A program made the position numbers and the translations under genes. A stretch of 63,891 nt of DNA, counting the filler, from Octopus bimaculoides (Eukaryota), in the NCBI RefSeq assembly GCF_001194135.2. It is 5 parts of 5 records of this genome, joined end to end, with 100 filler letters (N's around TTAATTAATTAA, not from the genome) between each part and the next. Parts side by side here need not be neighbours in the genome. Positions count along the whole stretch, not along the records: positions 61,416 to 63,891 come from NC_069004.1; 4 more parts are not named here. The stretch is one strand, 5' to 3'. Numbering within the stretch: position 1 is the first letter of the stretch; each line of letters starts with the position of its first letter. The notes below the pieces were generated by a model. The model was not told the DNA's origin. It ran no database searches and was given only the letters and a program-made list of their open reading frames with translations. This document shows, piece after piece, positions 61,316 through 63,891 of the stretch.

Positions 61316-61415
61316 NNNNNNNNNNNNNNNNNNNNNNNNNNNNNNNNNNNNNNNNNNNNTTAATTAATTAANNNNNNNNNNNNNNNNNNNNNNNNNNNNN
61401 NNNNNNNNNNNNNNN
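61316..61415. other. Artificial scaffold join (44 N + TTAATTAATTAA + 44 N)
   Basis: Same construct. Confidence 0.95.
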
Positions 61416-61439
61416 ATATATATATATATATATACAAAT

Positions 61440-63891
61440 ACGTACGTGCGTACGCACATCCGTTCGTTCGTTCGTACGTACGTGCGTTCGGTTGTCCTTT
61501 CGTTCCTTCGGTAATTTGTTCGTTCGTTAGTTTGTTCATTCGTTCGCTCTTTTGTCCGTAGGTACGTACGCACGTACATTAATTCATTCGTACGTACGTA
61601 TCTACTTACATATGTGCTTACGTACGTACGTGCGTTTGATCGTTCTTTCGTTTGTTCATTCGTTCTTCCGTTCGTACGTACGTTCGTTCCTTCTTCCGTT
61701 CGTTCGTTTGTTCCTTCGTAATTTTCATACGTTCGATCGTACGTACGTTCGTTCTTTCGATCGTTCGTTCGTTCGATCATTAGTTCGTTCGTTCGTACGT
61801 ACCTACTTACGTACGTTCGTTCGTTCGTTTATTCATTCATAGGTATATACATATGTAAATACGTACGTTCGTTGGTTTTTTCGTTCGTTCATTTCGTTGG
61901 TAAGCGAACGAACGATTTGAACGAACTAACGAACGAAAGAACGAACGTACGTATATTCGTACTTACATATGTATAAATGAACGAACGAACGAGCGTGCGT
62001 ATGTTCGTACGTACATATGTATGAATGAATGTACGTACGTACGAACAAACGTACGTACGTACGAAAGAACGATCGTACGTATGAACAAATGATCGAAGGA
62101 AGGAAAGAACGTGCGTACGTAAGTAAGTTCGTAAGTACGAACGAATAAACGAAAGAAGGAACGTAATTACGAACGTACGTATGTTCCTACAAACATATAT
62201 ATGAACGAACGTATGTCAGAACAAACGAACGTACAGACGGACGAACGACCTATTGAACGAACGTACGTACGTACGAAAGAACTAACGAACGAACGTCCGT
62301 ACGTATGTACGGATTTACGTACGTAAGTACGTATGTAAGAACGATCGAACACACGAACGAACAAAGAAACGGACGAACGTACGTACAAACGAACGATTGA
62401 ACAAACGAACGTACGTAGGTACGAAAAAAAAACGAACGAACACAGAATTGAACGTACGTATGTACGAACGAACGTACATAAATAGGTACAGATGTACGTA
62501 TGAACGAACGAACAAACTAACGAACGTACGTACGTACGCACGAAAGAACGTACGTACGAAAGAACGAACAAACTAACGAACGAACGATTGAACGAAAGAA
62601 TGTACGTACGTGCGAAGGAACGAAAGAAACAAACGAATGAACGAACGAAAGAAGGAACGAAGTAACGAAAGAATGGACGAACGAGCAAACGGAAGAACGT
62701 ACGTATGTACGAACAAACGAATGAACAAACAAACGTACGTAGGAACGAACGCATGTGCGAACGAAAAAACAAACGAACGTACGTACATACATCCGTACGT
62801 AGGAACGAACGAAGGTACGTACGTACGAACGAAAGATCGATTGAACGTATGTACGTACATACGTAAGAATGAAGGTACGAACGAGCGTACGTACGTACGA
62901 ATGAATGAACATACGTACGTACGAACGAAGTAACTAATGAACCTACGTAAGAACGAACGAACGTACATACGTCAGTACGAACGAACGTAATTACGTACGT
63001 ACGAAACATGAAAGAACGTAAGTACGTACGTAAGAACGATCGAACAAACGAATTAACGAACAAATGTAGGTACATACGTACGAACGAACGAACAAGCGTA
63101 CGTACAACGGAACAAACGAACGAACGTACGTACGTTCGGTCATTCTTACGCACGTACGTTCGTTCGTATTTAGTAACGTACGTGCGTTCGGTTGTCCTTT
63201 CGTTCGTTCGGTCGTTAGTTTGTTCATTCGTTCGCTCTTATGTCCGTAGGTACGTACGCACGTACATTAATTCATTCGTACGTACGTACATATGTGCTTA
63301 CGTACGTGCGTGCGTTTGATCGTTCTTTCGTTTGTTCATTCGTTTTTCGTTCGTTCGTTCATTCATTCTTTCGTTTGTTCGTACGTACGCTCGTTTGTTC
63401 TTTCGTTCATTCATTCTTTCGTTTGTTCGTACGTACGGTCGTTTGTTCTTTCGTTCGTTCGTTCATTCTTCCGTTCGGTCGGTCGTTCGTTCATTTGTTT
63501 CCTTCGTTAGTTTCGTACGTACGTTCGTACTTTTGTTCGTTCATTCGTTCGTACGTAAACGTACGTTCGTACGTACATTCATTCTTTCGTTCGTTCGTTC
63601 GTTTATTCATTCATACGCATATACATATGTAAATACGTACGTTCGATCGTTAGTTCGTTGGTTCTTTCGTTAGTTCATTTCGTTGGTAAGCTCGTACGTA
63701 CGTACGAATGAGCGAACGAACGAACGTACGTATATTCGTACTTACATATGTATGAATGAACGAACGAACGAGCGTGCGTATGTTCGTACGTATATATGTA
63801 TGAATGAACGAACGAACGAACGTACGTACGAACGAACGATCGTACGTATGAACAAATGATCGAAGGAAGGAAAGAACGTGCGTACGTAAGT
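61440..63891. repeat. ACGA/ACGT complex satellite, array 2 (runs off the window end)
   Basis: Same markers as array 1 (at 62081 and 63848) and the same inversion junctions (61889, 63134, 63675). Confidence 0.95.

Noticed and set aside
291-63673. ORF-track proteins rich in YI/VC/TH, poly-S/F/L/M/H/K, or containing X runs
   Set aside because: They are translations of microsatellites and N gaps, with no domain content or splice support.

Overview
Gene-poor, AT-rich, microsatellite-saturated eukaryotic DNA from a draft assembly, with many N gaps and four artificial 44N-TTAATTAATTAA-44N scaffold joins. The SINE repertoire (tRNA-headed SINEs with CORE/Meta-like and Nin/Deu-like bodies) looks like an octopus/coleoid genome; this is inferred from repeat families, not verified. 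No intact protein-coding gene can be supported, and almost all listed ORFs are microsatellite or gap artefacts. Recognisable content: about 20 SINE copies or fragments; two R4/Dong-type non-LTR relics, one flanked by (TAA)n; Tc1 and mariner relics; piggyBac-like and Merlin/hAT-like MITEs; Penelope-like, CR1-like and Helitron fragments; and one possible orphan exon. The most unusual structures are (i) about 10 kb of a CpG-rich ACGA/ACGT tetramer satellite with kb-scale higher-order repeats that carry fixed, recurring inversion junctions, (ii) a 444-bp foldback element with a degenerate minimal hammerhead-ribozyme motif on each arm, and (iii) a clean 63-bp palindrome in unique sequence. Family names come from motif recognition only; no database search was possible.
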